A DNA stretch of 64,000 nucleotides, from sequence record KC690136. One strand, given 5' to 3'. Made by a program: the position numbers and the translations under genes. This document shows, one piece after another, positions 27,188 to 35,765 of this stretch. The first letter of the stretch is position 1. Every line of letters begins with the position of its first letter. The notes below the pieces were generated by a model. It ran no database searches and was not told the DNA's origin. It saw only the letters and a list, made by a program, of their open reading frames with translations. The stretch is from Escherichia phage JES2013.

Positions 27188-27451
27188 ATGAACATCCTGA
27201 TGTGGGTTATAGCAGTGGCGTTTGTTGCATGTTTTTGCTGCTGGGTTGCGGTGAGGATTTCTGTAGCTACCCTTCGGAAGTTGGGGTTCTCAGAATGGGA
27301 TATTAATATCCTTTCTTTTCGCAATGAGACAATATCAGCCGCCCTGCTTTGTAAGAAATTCAAGTGGGAACCTTGTGAGGTCATGAACTATCTAAGAACG
27401 GGAGATATCCCTGAAAGATTTAAAAAAGTTCTTGACGGTAAGGATAAATGA
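27188..27451 (+). CDS. small membrane protein
   Basis: GTGAGGTG RBS; N-terminal TM helix. Confidence 0.45.
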   Translation: MNILMWVIAVAFVACFCCWVAVRISVATLRKLGFSEWDINILSFRNETISAALLCKKFKWEPCEVMNYLRTGDIPERFKKVLDGKDK

Positions 27452-27479
27452 TAGTATAGTGACTAACAAGAGGTGAGGA

Positions 27480-27620
27480 ATGACAGATTTTACTGAAGCT
27501 TTAATGATGGCCTTGTCTGTTTTAGCGCTATCGGTGTGTTTTGGGGCGTTATTCACATCTCTGGTTAAAGTTTTACATACAGTATTATTACCCAAGGAGC
27601 GCAGTAATGACGAAGATTGA
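27480..27620 (+). CDS. small hydrophobic protein (46 aa)
   Basis: AGAGGTGAGGA RBS then ATG 27480; one TM helix. Confidence 0.3.
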   Translation: MTDFTEALMMALSVLALSVCFGALFTSLVKVLHTVLLPKERSNDED

Positions 27621-27858
27621 CTTGAATGCTGGCGACCATGTTGTTGTCAAATGCATCGGAGATTATCTTGGATTCACAATCGGCAATACTTACGAGGCGG
27701 TAGTGGCGAAGGTTTATCATGATAAAGTCCTCAGTCTTGTATTTGACTGCGATGATGATGGGGATGACCGATACGTCTGTGAGGTGCTGGCACGAGACGA
27801 TAGTGAAGACCAGAAATTCCTGGTTATTGAACTGAACGGTATTTTTGTAGAACGTTAA
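27607..27858 (+). CDS. small acidic protein
   Basis: ATG 27607 (internal start of track ORF 27541); AAGGAG RBS. Confidence 0.45.
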   Translation: MTKIDLNAGDHVVVKCIGDYLGFTIGNTYEAVVAKVYHDKVLSLVFDCDDDGDDRYVCEVLARDDSEDQKFLVIELNGIFVER

Positions 27859-27886
27859 TTTAAAACAACATAAGGAGACTCTTACT

Positions 27887-28192
27887 ATGGCTAAATCTAA
27901 AGTTGAACTGTTCACCTCTCTTCCTTCTGACACTGCAGAGCGTGATCGCCTTCGCAAAACAATCGAAGAACTGGTGGAACTCCAACTTCAGATTAAAGAT
28001 CTGAAAGATGCCATCAAGGATATCATTCTTGTTGAGAAGCAGGATCATCTGTATTCTCCTAAATTCATCAAATCTCTGGTGGCTACCGAGTTCGATATTC
28101 GATATGAGGCTGAAAAACGTCGAGCTAAAATCGAAGAAGAGGTTGAGCACATGTCCGAGGCAGACATTCTGTTCAAACGCTCTGTAGAATAA
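27887..28192 (+). CDS. hypothetical coiled-coil protein
   Basis: AAGGAG RBS; followed by terminator. Confidence 0.5.
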   Translation: MAKSKVELFTSLPSDTAERDRLRKTIEELVELQLQIKDLKDAIKDIILVEKQDHLYSPKFIKSLVATEFDIRYEAEKRRAKIEEEVEHMSEADILFKRSVE

Positions 28193-28200
28193 TGACAAAG

Positions 28201-28225
28201 AGAGGGGCTTGGGCCCCTCTTTTTA
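28201..28225 (+). terminator. intrinsic terminator
   Basis: AGAGGGGC-TTGG-GCCCCTCT followed by TTTTT. Confidence 0.7.
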
Positions 28226-28247
28226 CTATCTATGAAGGAGATTTGAG

Positions 28248-28574
28248 ATGGGTATACCGATCACTGTAAAAGAATTGAATGAACGTGATGCAGGTGGTCT
28301 ATGGCCTGCACGAAAAATACGCTGCGTCTACATGAAAGAGAACCTTGAACATCTTGATCAACAGATCAAGGTCGGTGATATTTTCGAGGTCTTCTATTCC
28401 AATCGTCGCAACTGGGAAACCATTCAGCCTTCTGGTTTTGTTCTTGCCAAACTTGACACTGGAGAAGTGATTATCCCAGGGTTGGATATTGTCTTCGAAA
28501 TTATCCAGGAGTGGGATCCGGATAAGATTAGATATGAAGAGTTATTCGGTGAAGGTATTATCAAACCTGTGTGA
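28248..28574 (+). CDS. hypothetical protein
   Basis: GAAGGAG RBS. Confidence 0.5.
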   Translation: MGIPITVKELNERDAGGLWPARKIRCVYMKENLEHLDQQIKVGDIFEVFYSNRRNWETIQPSGFVLAKLDTGEVIIPGLDIVFEIIQEWDPDKIRYEELFGEGIIKPV

Positions 28575-28582
28575 GGTGGATT

Positions 28583-28882
28583 ATGTCTACAAAGACGGCT
28601 AAATACTCCTACATGCCATCAACCTCTGCAGAGGTAGATTTTAGTTTCGATGTGTTTCCACTGTTTGAGGTGGTTCTGGCATACCCAACAATACTATCTA
28701 CTCCGGAATCACTTGTGCCTGTTAAGTTGCAGAACGCCATGCATTCTATGCACTACAACAATAAATGCAGGCACAGATGGTGTCAGGACGAGGAAAAAGA
28801 TCTGGATAGTTTGAGAGATTTTGACAGTCACCTTTTGACACCTTTCAGCTACTCCAACCTTGATAAGCCATCATGGGTATAG
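28583..28882 (+). CDS. hypothetical protein
   Basis: GAGGTGG RBS then ATG 28583 (internal start of track ORF 28571). Confidence 0.4.
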   Translation: MSTKTAKYSYMPSTSAEVDFSFDVFPLFEVVLAYPTILSTPESLVPVKLQNAMHSMHYNNKCRHRWCQDEEKDLDSLRDFDSHLLTPFSYSNLDKPSWV

Positions 28883-28906
28883 CAAAATATCAAATTTAAG
28901 ACACCT

Positions 28907-28933
28907 AGGACGCTCTGTGGCGTCCTTTTCTTT
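28907..28933 (+). terminator. intrinsic terminator
   Basis: AGGACGC-TCTGTG-GCGTCCT followed by TTTTCTTT. Confidence 0.65.
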
Positions 28934-29095
28934 ATCTGGTGCACGATTGCATACCTTGGACAGATAATCTCCTTACAGAGCGTTTAAGAGCTTCCTACAA
29001 ACAACTCTCTTTTTCGAGCGTAGCGAGAACGCACGTCCGTTTTGACCAAAATCACCATACGCTCGGATTTTAACCAAACCCTCGCGGCGTTTCTG

Positions 29096-29124
29096 TTGAC
29101 ACATTGCCGCTCCAGTGATAATAT
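29096..29124 (+). promoter_or_regulatory. sigma70-type promoter
   Basis: TTGACA (29096-29101), 16-17-nt spacer, GATAAT/TAATAT. Confidence 0.5.
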
Positions 29125-29144
29125 CCACACATCATTTGGAGAAT

Positions 29145-29246
29145 ATGGAATACACAATGAAAACATTGTCCGAAGTTTTAGTGGTGATCCTGATGATCAT
29201 TACGTCCATAGCGGCTGTTGCCGGAATACTCACGGGTGGAACATGA
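29145..29246 (+). CDS. small hydrophobic peptide (33 aa)
   Basis: GGAG RBS then ATG 29145; MEYTMKTLSEVLVVILMIITSIAAVAGILTGGT. Confidence 0.35.
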   Translation: MEYTMKTLSEVLVVILMIITSIAAVAGILTGGT

Positions 29247-29455
29247 TCAACACACATGCATCTGAAGAGACATCAAAAGGAGTGACTATATGTCCCTTGG
29301 CTGAGCCAGTGAAAGAGGAAAACTTCGATTCTGAAGATTCTCCATCTTCGCTCCAGGTAGACCCTGAGGCTGATGACCTAACGTGGGAAGACATCGTAGA
29401 TATCTGGTTCTCTGTTATGCCTGAGCACGAAGAGTTCAGGGGTGGTAGACTATGA
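29243..29455 (+). CDS. small acidic protein (70 aa)
   Basis: Internal ATG of track ORF 29042-29455; the upstream part overlaps a promoter and the small peptide gene. Confidence 0.3.
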   Translation: MINTHASEETSKGVTICPLAEPVKEENFDSEDSPSSLQVDPEADDLTWEDIVDIWFSVMPEHEEFRGGRL

Positions 29456-29495
29456 AGCACCGAGCCCACACAAGTTCCTCATGCTAAAGCATGGC

Positions 29496-30682
29496 CTGAA
29501 GAGGCAAACGTGCATAATTCCTGTGCATCGGAACGTATGAAACCTTGTTCACACTCTCATTTCCAGAGGAGATTTTATGAAGATAGAAATATTTGGTGGA
29601 GCTGACAACACTCGTGGCCTGATTTACCTTGAATTCGATGAATCATACCTACCAGAGGTGTTAAATATAGACTCTGTTGCGGAGGCTTTGGGAGTAAACC
29701 CTAAAGAACTCCACTCTTGTGCTGAGATCGATGGTTGGGAAGAGACCATGAACATTGATTTCAGTGAAGTAGAGGATGAACCGCTGGACTGACACACAAT
29801 TAGCTGCCCGGCTAAAGTGCTGGAAGCACCTATAACACATCTTTCAACTAAATTTCCCACCACAACAATCACTTACCTCCCATACATGACTGTTTGCTTG
29901 TTTAGTGAGCAGTCATGCCTTGACATTCTTGCCTATCCTGATAAAATTAAGTTCTTCTCTTTTCTTTTACCGAGTAATTCGGGTTTTCTGTTCTCTTCGG
30001 TTTGAAGGGGTATGGAGATACACCTGAGTGAACAGGGTGAACAACCGAACATTTGGCTATGGCATTAGCATGGCGAAGCGGACGGGTGACGAAAGAGGGG
30101 CCGGAGGACACCAGTCACTGCCATATGGTATATGGGTGATAACCTGAAGAGTCTGAATAAGTGTTTAAGTACCAGTCAGAGGAAAAGGTGAATGGTAGCC
30201 GAAGGGGGAGGGGGGTTTCTTGTATCTTTAATTTGTATATTATGTATACACTTGTAAACCAATCTCATTTGAATTTGTTTACCACACAAAGTGGATAGAG
30301 ACAAATATTACCTATTAAACTTGAATTATTTATAGAAAATACCACAACACTACTTAAGTCTTTGATTTTACACACAAATCCTGCAGATATTCACCCTCCA
30401 TATTTAACATACTTGTAACATATTCCATACTCTACCTGCCCGATCAATTCACCCAACTACATCCCCATATTTTCCCTGTCTGTACTACCCCTGCCCCGCC
30501 GGGAGTCCCGTCATATCTGGCTTTCCAGCAAATATCACACCCACAAATATCATTGCCTGAAGAGGGTTTCGTCCCATAATACATGCCTTACCTGAAGAGC
30601 GCTTCATATACCCCGTAAATTTTTTAATTGACCCCCTCCCCGCCGCCGGAGGGGTCGGCTTTTCCCACACAGACCTGAAGAG
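29496..30682. repeat. five dispersed copies of 9-mer CCTGAAGAG
   Basis: Exact copies at 29496, 30143, 30556, 30591, 30674. Confidence 0.5.
29577..29792 (+). CDS. small acidic protein
   Basis: GAGGAG RBS; MKIEIFGG start; last gene of the + block. Confidence 0.5.
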   Translation: MKIEIFGGADNTRGLIYLEFDESYLPEVLNIDSVAEALGVNPKELHSCAEIDGWEETMNIDFSEVEDEPLD

Positions 30683-31210
30683 TCAGCCAGAAATATCTGA
30701 ATGGACCCAATTCTGCCCTGTTATGAGCCGTAGCGACTGGAGTGCTGCCAGGCGGACGAAATGGGAATACTTCTCATTCTTATAACAATTCTCAAATATC
30801 GAGGCAGTGAGGCAAATTAATAGGTAAGGCCGTTCACATAGTGGCACAACATTTGCAGTCTATCTGATGTGGTTGAATGAGAATACCTATCATTGTGAGA
30901 ATAGTTATCATTACGGGCAATTTAACATAATACCCATTATGCGCACCACTGGCGATACATACAGGGATTGATAACATGAGTTACTGTTTACGCATATAAC
31001 AATTATATTTCTTATCATTTGTGTGGGATATAGTTAGCAGCCGATAGATTAGATATTGACCTGCGGACTTCTGACCGTCTAGACGTCTAAACGCCCACAC
31101 AACAAGGCTTATACATACATCGCTGAATGTAAACATGGCCGCAAAAATGCTACCATACAAGATTGTAAATTTTTCATGCAGCACTTGACAAAGAGGAGAA
31201 AAACTTGTCT

Positions 31211-31440
31211 GACACTTTAGACATACTGGTGACACAATATGACACTTTAGACTTAATTGACATGCCTGACTGTTTACGCTGTCACTATTCGCGCTATTAC
31301 TATTCACTCCCTTTACTGTTCACGCTCTTACTGTTTACATGCTTAATGGTTTACATGCTTAATAGACTGCATGTCTAATAGTTTACATAGCTAACTGTTC
31401 ACATACTTATCATTTACATGATTGACTGTTTACACAGAGA
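31211..31440. repeat. iteron-like array: GACACTTTAGAC x2, about 8 copies of TGTT(T/C)ACA, 16-bp tandem GTTTACATGCTTAAT
   Basis: Direct repeats read in sequence (31211-31222, 31241-31252; 31273-31435). Confidence 0.55.
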
Positions 31441-31447
31441 TGATAAG

Positions 31448-31731
31448 CCATGACATTCGTTTGCATGACAATAATTAACAAGATAACAATTGACAAGCTA
31501 ACAGCCAACAAGCTGACAATTAACTTGTTTACAATAGATGACATAATATAAAAGCAGGGCAACTATTAGAAGATCTATAGTTGCCTTGCTTGTTATGTCA
31601 TGATTAACTAAATACAAGGCAACTATGATCTGATTAATAGTTTGCAAACAAACTATCACGGGGGTGATGGTTACTGCTTTTATATTATGTCGCGACTCCG
31701 TCGCGCCATGCCATTCGTTTGCATAGTTGCC
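31448..31731. repeat. GGCAACTAT inverted/direct repeats and duplicated GCCATG(A/C)CATTCGTTTGCAT
   Basis: Palindrome GGCAACTAT-N10-ATAGTTGCC (31558-31586); further copies at 31618, 31723; 19-bp repeat at 31448-31466 and 31706-31724. Confidence 0.5.
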
Positions 31732-32340
31732 TTATTGTTACAGATAAAATAATTGTATTGTTAATTATTTCTTATCTTTCTATTAGTCATCTAATGATTC
31801 CAGTCAATATAGTAATGTACAGTAAACATTAGACGACTAAAGATTTATCTGCTTATAATAACTTACCGTGACAATTTCGGACTGTTTACGAAAAATGTTG
31901 GCACCTAAGCTGATTTATGTTATGCAGTTTACACGAATAATTATTTTATGCAGGTATTGACTATTCCATTATTCTATGGTTGGAATAAATACTTAGCAGA
32001 CTATAGAATGGTGAGCGTACGTAAATTCTGAGATCTGGCGGCTATAGTTATACTCGATTTTTCACGTAGAGCACGCTTTTGTGGTTATGTAAGTGTATGA
32101 CTTATAAAGATTTTTAGTTGTTGACAAGACACTGAAGATATGCATCAGGTTAAATTTTGTGCAATAGCTGCATTACGTGCAATTTTGGAAGGAAAAACGG
32201 GTAAAAATAGCCCTGCTACCACACAATGAAAAGTTATGCAATAGTTATTTTACATGTATATTTGTACAGTGTGTGGGGTTGATGGCTCGTCAATTATTCC
32301 ACTTGCCAGGTAGGGCCGTTTATGGTAGGGGGAAGATCAG

Positions 32341-32367
32341 ACAAAAAGAAAGGGGCCTAAGCCCCTT
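32341..32367 (-). terminator. intrinsic terminator ending the - strand block
   Basis: Minus strand: AAGGGGC-TTAG-GCCCCTT followed by TCTTTTTGT, just after stop of 32386-32805. Confidence 0.65.
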
Positions 32368-32385
32368 GATAATTCAGTTAAAAAA

Positions 32386-32805
32386 TTATAATGATTCGTA
32401 TATTTCAAAAATCCGATTTGCCAGGTCGTTACGGTACCGGAATTTTTCATCACGTTTGATCATAAGATCTTTATAGCCGTACTCTTTAAGCACTTCATTA
32501 ACTTTATGGCGGCACACCTTCATATTATCCTGAGCGTCACCAATAAACCTGTTGCTATGGTGCATGGCTTTAATTTCTTCTTCCAGGACCAGGGCAACTA
32601 TGCGGACCGGATCAAGCTGATAGGCGGTAACATCAATGCGGCATTGTAAACGGCTTTTTACGTCTGCCACCGGATATACTGCAACCTCTTCCCCGTCAAC
32701 ATTGACAATAATTAGTTTACCATCGATTTCGAATCCTTTCGCCGCCGGACCGTGACAAAAAGCGTTATCAAAGCTATATGCCGGATTATTAGATTTAATG
32801 TTCAT
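32386..32805 (-). CDS. hypothetical protein
   Basis: Track ORF; AGAGGTAAAAACACC RBS; last gene of - block. Confidence 0.5.
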   Translation of the reverse strand: MNIKSNNPAYSFDNAFCHGPAAKGFEIDGKLIIVNVDGEEVAVYPVADVKSRLQCRIDVTAYQLDPVRIVALVLEEEIKAMHHSNRFIGDAQDNMKVCRHKVNEVLKEYGYKDLMIKRDEKFRYRNDLANRIFEIYESL

Positions 32806-32854
32806 GGTGTTTTTACCTCTTAGTTAATTTTCTTACAACTTCCCTTTAAAAAAG

Positions 32855-32883
32855 AATATAGCAAAACTGCCGATCCTTGTCAA
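32855..32883 (-). promoter_or_regulatory. sigma70-type promoter (minus strand)
   Basis: Minus strand TTGACA (32883-32878), 17-nt spacer, TATATT (32860-32855). Confidence 0.5.
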
Positions 32884-32950
32884 TAAGGATAGCATAATTT
32901 TTATGTGATCAAGGGGCTTTATTGCCCCCCTGACCATGTAACTTGTTGTA

Positions 32951-33214
32951 TTATTTGTTATTCATCCAGTTTTCCCAAGCTGCCTGATAATCTGCTTCAC
33001 TGCGGCGGATCTCTTCTTGCTCTTCAAGTCGGATCTCTTCTTCCAGGTACCCCAGGATATCGGCTTTTTTGGTCTGGCGTAACATCCAATCATCTTTTTT
33101 ACGGGTAAAGATCTTATATGCTTTCTCGCAAACCTCTTTTTTGCTACCTTTTTGGACTTCAAGAACTTTGTAGGCCATGTACTGAACTAGTTTGAGCTGA
33201 TCAAGACGTTTCAT
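32951..33214 (-). CDS. hypothetical Lys/Glu-rich protein
   Basis: Track ORF. Confidence 0.45.
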   Translation of the reverse strand: MKRLDQLKLVQYMAYKVLEVQKGSKKEVCEKAYKIFTRKKDDWMLRQTKKADILGYLEEEIRLEEQEEIRRSEADYQAAWENWMNNK

Positions 33215-33274
33215 GATGTTTACCTCTTTATGCGGTTCTGATTAGTGGGCCTTTTGGCCCGTGTCATTATCTTA

Positions 33275-33547
33275 TTACTTATGGCGGCAGAATTCAAGCG
33301 TTTTTAATTGATAATCTTCCTCAGCCTGGAGTACGACCGCCTCGATCATTTCGTTGGCATTGTTAAAGCCATAACCTTTAGCGAAATCATCCGCGCCACC
33401 TTCGTGATCATGTTCTGCGTTCATCGCTTCCACAAAATGGAATTCCAAATTGTTGAGGTAGGGGCTTGATGTTCCGTCCTCTTTTTCGATGAGATCCCAA
33501 ATAGCATTAAAACGTGATTCTACTTCTTGATTAATCCAGCTTGACAC
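33275..33547 (-). CDS. hypothetical acidic protein
   Basis: Track ORF. Confidence 0.45.
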   Translation of the reverse strand: MSSWINQEVESRFNAIWDLIEKEDGTSSPYLNNLEFHFVEAMNAEHDHEGGADDFAKGYGFNNANEMIEAVVLQAEEDYQLKTLEFCRHK

Positions 33548-33758
33548 AGTGTTTTCCTCTCTTCTGGTTGTTGTGTGGGCACTTTTGCCCCTTCAAGATA
33601 AATGTTACCCCACCCCATGGCAGATGTCAACGGTTTTTATAGTTCTTATATGACAGGCAGGCCCGGTGATTGTCTCCCCCCGTCGCCAGGTGCCTGCCGT
33701 GAAACAAGTATAACAAAAAACAGGACCATTGCAAGCCCTGTTTTGTAGTTTATAAATA

Positions 33759-33950
33759 TTATATTTTTTCGCCTATGTAGTCCGGTCGGTTTTTCTCTGT
33801 CATGCGCTTTAGCAATTCTTGCATGTTGCTTATGGCTTGTAGTGTATCCCCTTCCAGGCTTGAATCGACATAATCAGGATCGTCTATGACCTTTCTATGA
33901 TTATGATAACGCAGTACCGCCAATACCTTTCTGACTTGTTCGATATTCAT
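33759..33950 (-). CDS. hypothetical small protein
   Basis: Track ORF. Confidence 0.4.
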   Translation of the reverse strand: MNIEQVRKVLAVLRYHNHRKVIDDPDYVDSSLEGDTLQAISNMQELLKRMTEKNRPDYIGEKI

Positions 33951-34099
33951 TTTTACCGCTCTTTAAAACAAGGTGCCAACCGTTTCCAATAGATCACTGA
34001 CTGCCAGGACAATACCGATCAGCACATATCTAACCATAAGGGGAAAGAGCGCCAATATTGCCACCACAATCCCCAAGGTGATAATTATCTTTCTCATGG

Positions 34100-34393
34100 T
34101 TAACGGTTCACGTAAGTTTTCCCGTTCACGGTTATGGGCAGATCCTCCAGGTCTGGATCTTCCTTAAGGTCGCGAGCAAGCTCACCGCACCGGATACCCT
34201 CGAATCCGTAGTACTCTGTTGTGCCGTCCTTAAAAGTTTTAGCGGCAAGGCATAAGCGATAAGTAACCCCGATTTGATTGACGGCATGAATATCCGTTAG
34301 ATTAACCTCTTTTGCCAGCTCTTTAGCCATTACAGGCGCATTAAGTCCAACAACCAGGGCAACCACTGCGATCATCTTTTTCATTGTGTCCAT
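34100..34393 (-). CDS. secreted/periplasmic small protein
   Basis: N-terminal signal peptide MKKMIAVVALVVGLNAPVMA. Confidence 0.5.
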   Translation of the reverse strand: MDTMKKMIAVVALVVGLNAPVMAKELAKEVNLTDIHAVNQIGVTYRLCLAAKTFKDGTTEYYGFEGIRCGELARDLKEDPDLEDLPITVNGKTYVNR

Positions 34394-34475
34394 CCTCTTT
34401 CTGCTACGTTTAAGGCGGCGGTAACCGCCTGTTTATGCTTTGTTGGTTAATTTTCGGGTATAGGTATAAATTAAA

Positions 34476-34691
34476 CTATGCTGTACGCTCAACTATAACA
34501 ACGGCTTGAGGGATCTCACCTTCAACCACTATCAAGGCTTTTTTCTGCGTGATAGATATCTTTACCCGCTTCAGCGTGGCGGTAAAATCTTTCATTTCGT
34601 CACGTGGTGTTTTAGTGCAATACCAGATCTCAGGCTTGCCGATCTGTAAGTTGCGTAAAAATTCTGTTTTGCCTGTTTTGTTAGTGATCAT
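34476..34691 (-). CDS. hypothetical small protein
   Basis: Track ORF. Confidence 0.4.
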   Translation of the reverse strand: MITNKTGKTEFLRNLQIGKPEIWYCTKTPRDEMKDFTATLKRVKISITQKKALIVVEGEIPQAVVIVERTA

Positions 34692-34700
34692 TTGGCAACC

Positions 34701-34805
34701 TCACCCGATACCGTTGGAAGACAAGATCGCATTAGCCATGGTTGCAATCAGGCCAATACCCAGGGCAATAACCAAGATCACTGCATCGATTAATTTCTGT
34801 TTCAT
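34701..34805 (-). CDS. small hydrophobic peptide (34 aa)
   Basis: ATG at 34805; single TM helix; weak RBS. Confidence 0.25.
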   Translation of the reverse strand: MKQKLIDAVILVIALGIGLIATMANAILSSNGIG

Positions 34806-34882
34806 GGTGTTTATTCTCTTCTGTTAGTAACCTTATTCATGGGGCCGCTACCACAGCCCCAAGGTAAGGCAGCTATGTGCTT

Positions 34883-35128
34883 TTAGTGTTTCATTCCAAC
34901 CATCGCGGCACGGATCGCCGTAGTGCTGTACTTGAAGCCGTCCGGGGTCTTATCTTGTCCGGTTAGCTCCAGAAAAAGCATCATATCCCGCGCCGCATCA
35001 TTACGATTAGCATTGGCGTTAATAAAGCCTTGGGCCAACCGGTACAATGACTCATCGTTATTAATCCAAAGGCTTACATTCCAATGAGTTTTGTTTTTGT
35101 AACCGTTATAACCTTTATTGCTTTTCAT
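34883..35128 (-). CDS. hypothetical protein
   Basis: Track ORF; AGAGGTAAACACC RBS. Confidence 0.45.
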   Translation of the reverse strand: MKSNKGYNGYKNKTHWNVSLWINNDESLYRLAQGFINANANRNDAARDMMLFLELTGQDKTPDGFKYSTTAIRAAMVGMKH

Positions 35129-35219
35129 GGTGTTTACCTCTTCTTTGTTCCAGGTGGCGGATCATTCTACCACCTTATGTATTATGCTTTGTTAGATGGT
35201 TGTTTGTTGTCAAACTATT

Positions 35220-35399
35220 TTACCGATAATCATCATATGCTTTATTTACCTGGCGAATATAACATTCAAAAGCCAAATCAATAGATTTATATTCACGGAT
35301 ATACTCACCATAGGAAACCACATACATTTCTATAGCTTCCTCATATGCGAGGAGAATAGAATCTAAGCCTACGATCTCAGTCTTTGCAATAATAGCCAT
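35220..35399 (-). CDS. hypothetical small protein (59 aa)
   Basis: AGAGGA RBS then ATG 35399; just under the track's 60-aa cutoff. Confidence 0.4.
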   Translation of the reverse strand: MAIIAKTEIVGLDSILLAYEEAIEMYVVSYGEYIREYKSIDLAFECYIRQVNKAYDDYR

Positions 35400-35475
35400 G
35401 ATTTTTTATCCTCTTTGTGGTTGGTGGGGTTCGTTGCCCCCTTTGATTTATATATTACAGTCTTATATGGTCATG

Positions 35476-35709
35476 TCAACTATTTTCAAAAAATTTTTCT
35501 GCTGTGATATTCTTCCCGGTAGGGTTCGCTACTTTCAAAATTTTATCATGCACTGGACGCCCAAAAGAATAAGCGCCGTACACAGTAAACCAATAATCGC
35601 CGTCAGGTTGTACTATTACTGCCGCATATGGTACGCCTTTTTCGTTTTTGCTGACAAAATAGATCACGTTGCCATTAATAGCCTCGGCGCGTTTAATTTG
35701 TTCCATCAT
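35476..35709 (-). CDS. hypothetical protein
   Basis: Track ORF. Confidence 0.45.
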   Translation of the reverse strand: MMEQIKRAEAINGNVIYFVSKNEKGVPYAAVIVQPDGDYWFTVYGAYSFGRPVHDKILKVANPTGKNITAEKFFENS

Positions 35710-35765
35710 GATGATTTGCCTCTCTTTATTTTCATAATTGGGGGGCCTTTTCGGCCCCGCCAGGT

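Noticed and set aside
29042-29455. Full-length track ORF 29042-29455 (137 aa)
   Set aside because: Its 5' part overlaps a terminator-proximal promoter (29096-29124) and a well-supported small peptide gene (29145-29246); only the 3' portion from ATG 29243 is retained, at low confidence.
311-29872. Minus-strand track ORFs within the plus-strand block (e.g. 1000-1251, 13704-14129, 27565-27957)
   Set aside because: Antisense to well-supported + strand genes; no RBS; treated as shadow ORFs.
30485-31307. Minus-strand ORFs 30485-30670 and 30981-31307 inside the ORF-free region
   Set aside because: No RBS, the ORFs overlap repeat elements and a GC hairpin, and composition is atypical (Pro/Cys/Ser-rich or low complexity); most likely chance ORFs.
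31200-31740. CRISPR-like array
   Set aside because: Repeats are short (8-23 bp), irregularly spaced, mixed in orientation and of several different sequences; there are no uniform repeat-spacer units.
29800-32400. Possible tRNA gene cluster in the ORF-free region
   Set aside because: No T-loop-like GGTTCGAnTCC or GTTCAAATC motif and no cloverleaf-compatible segment found by eye; repeats are iteron-like rather than tRNA-like. A tRNAscan run would be definitive.
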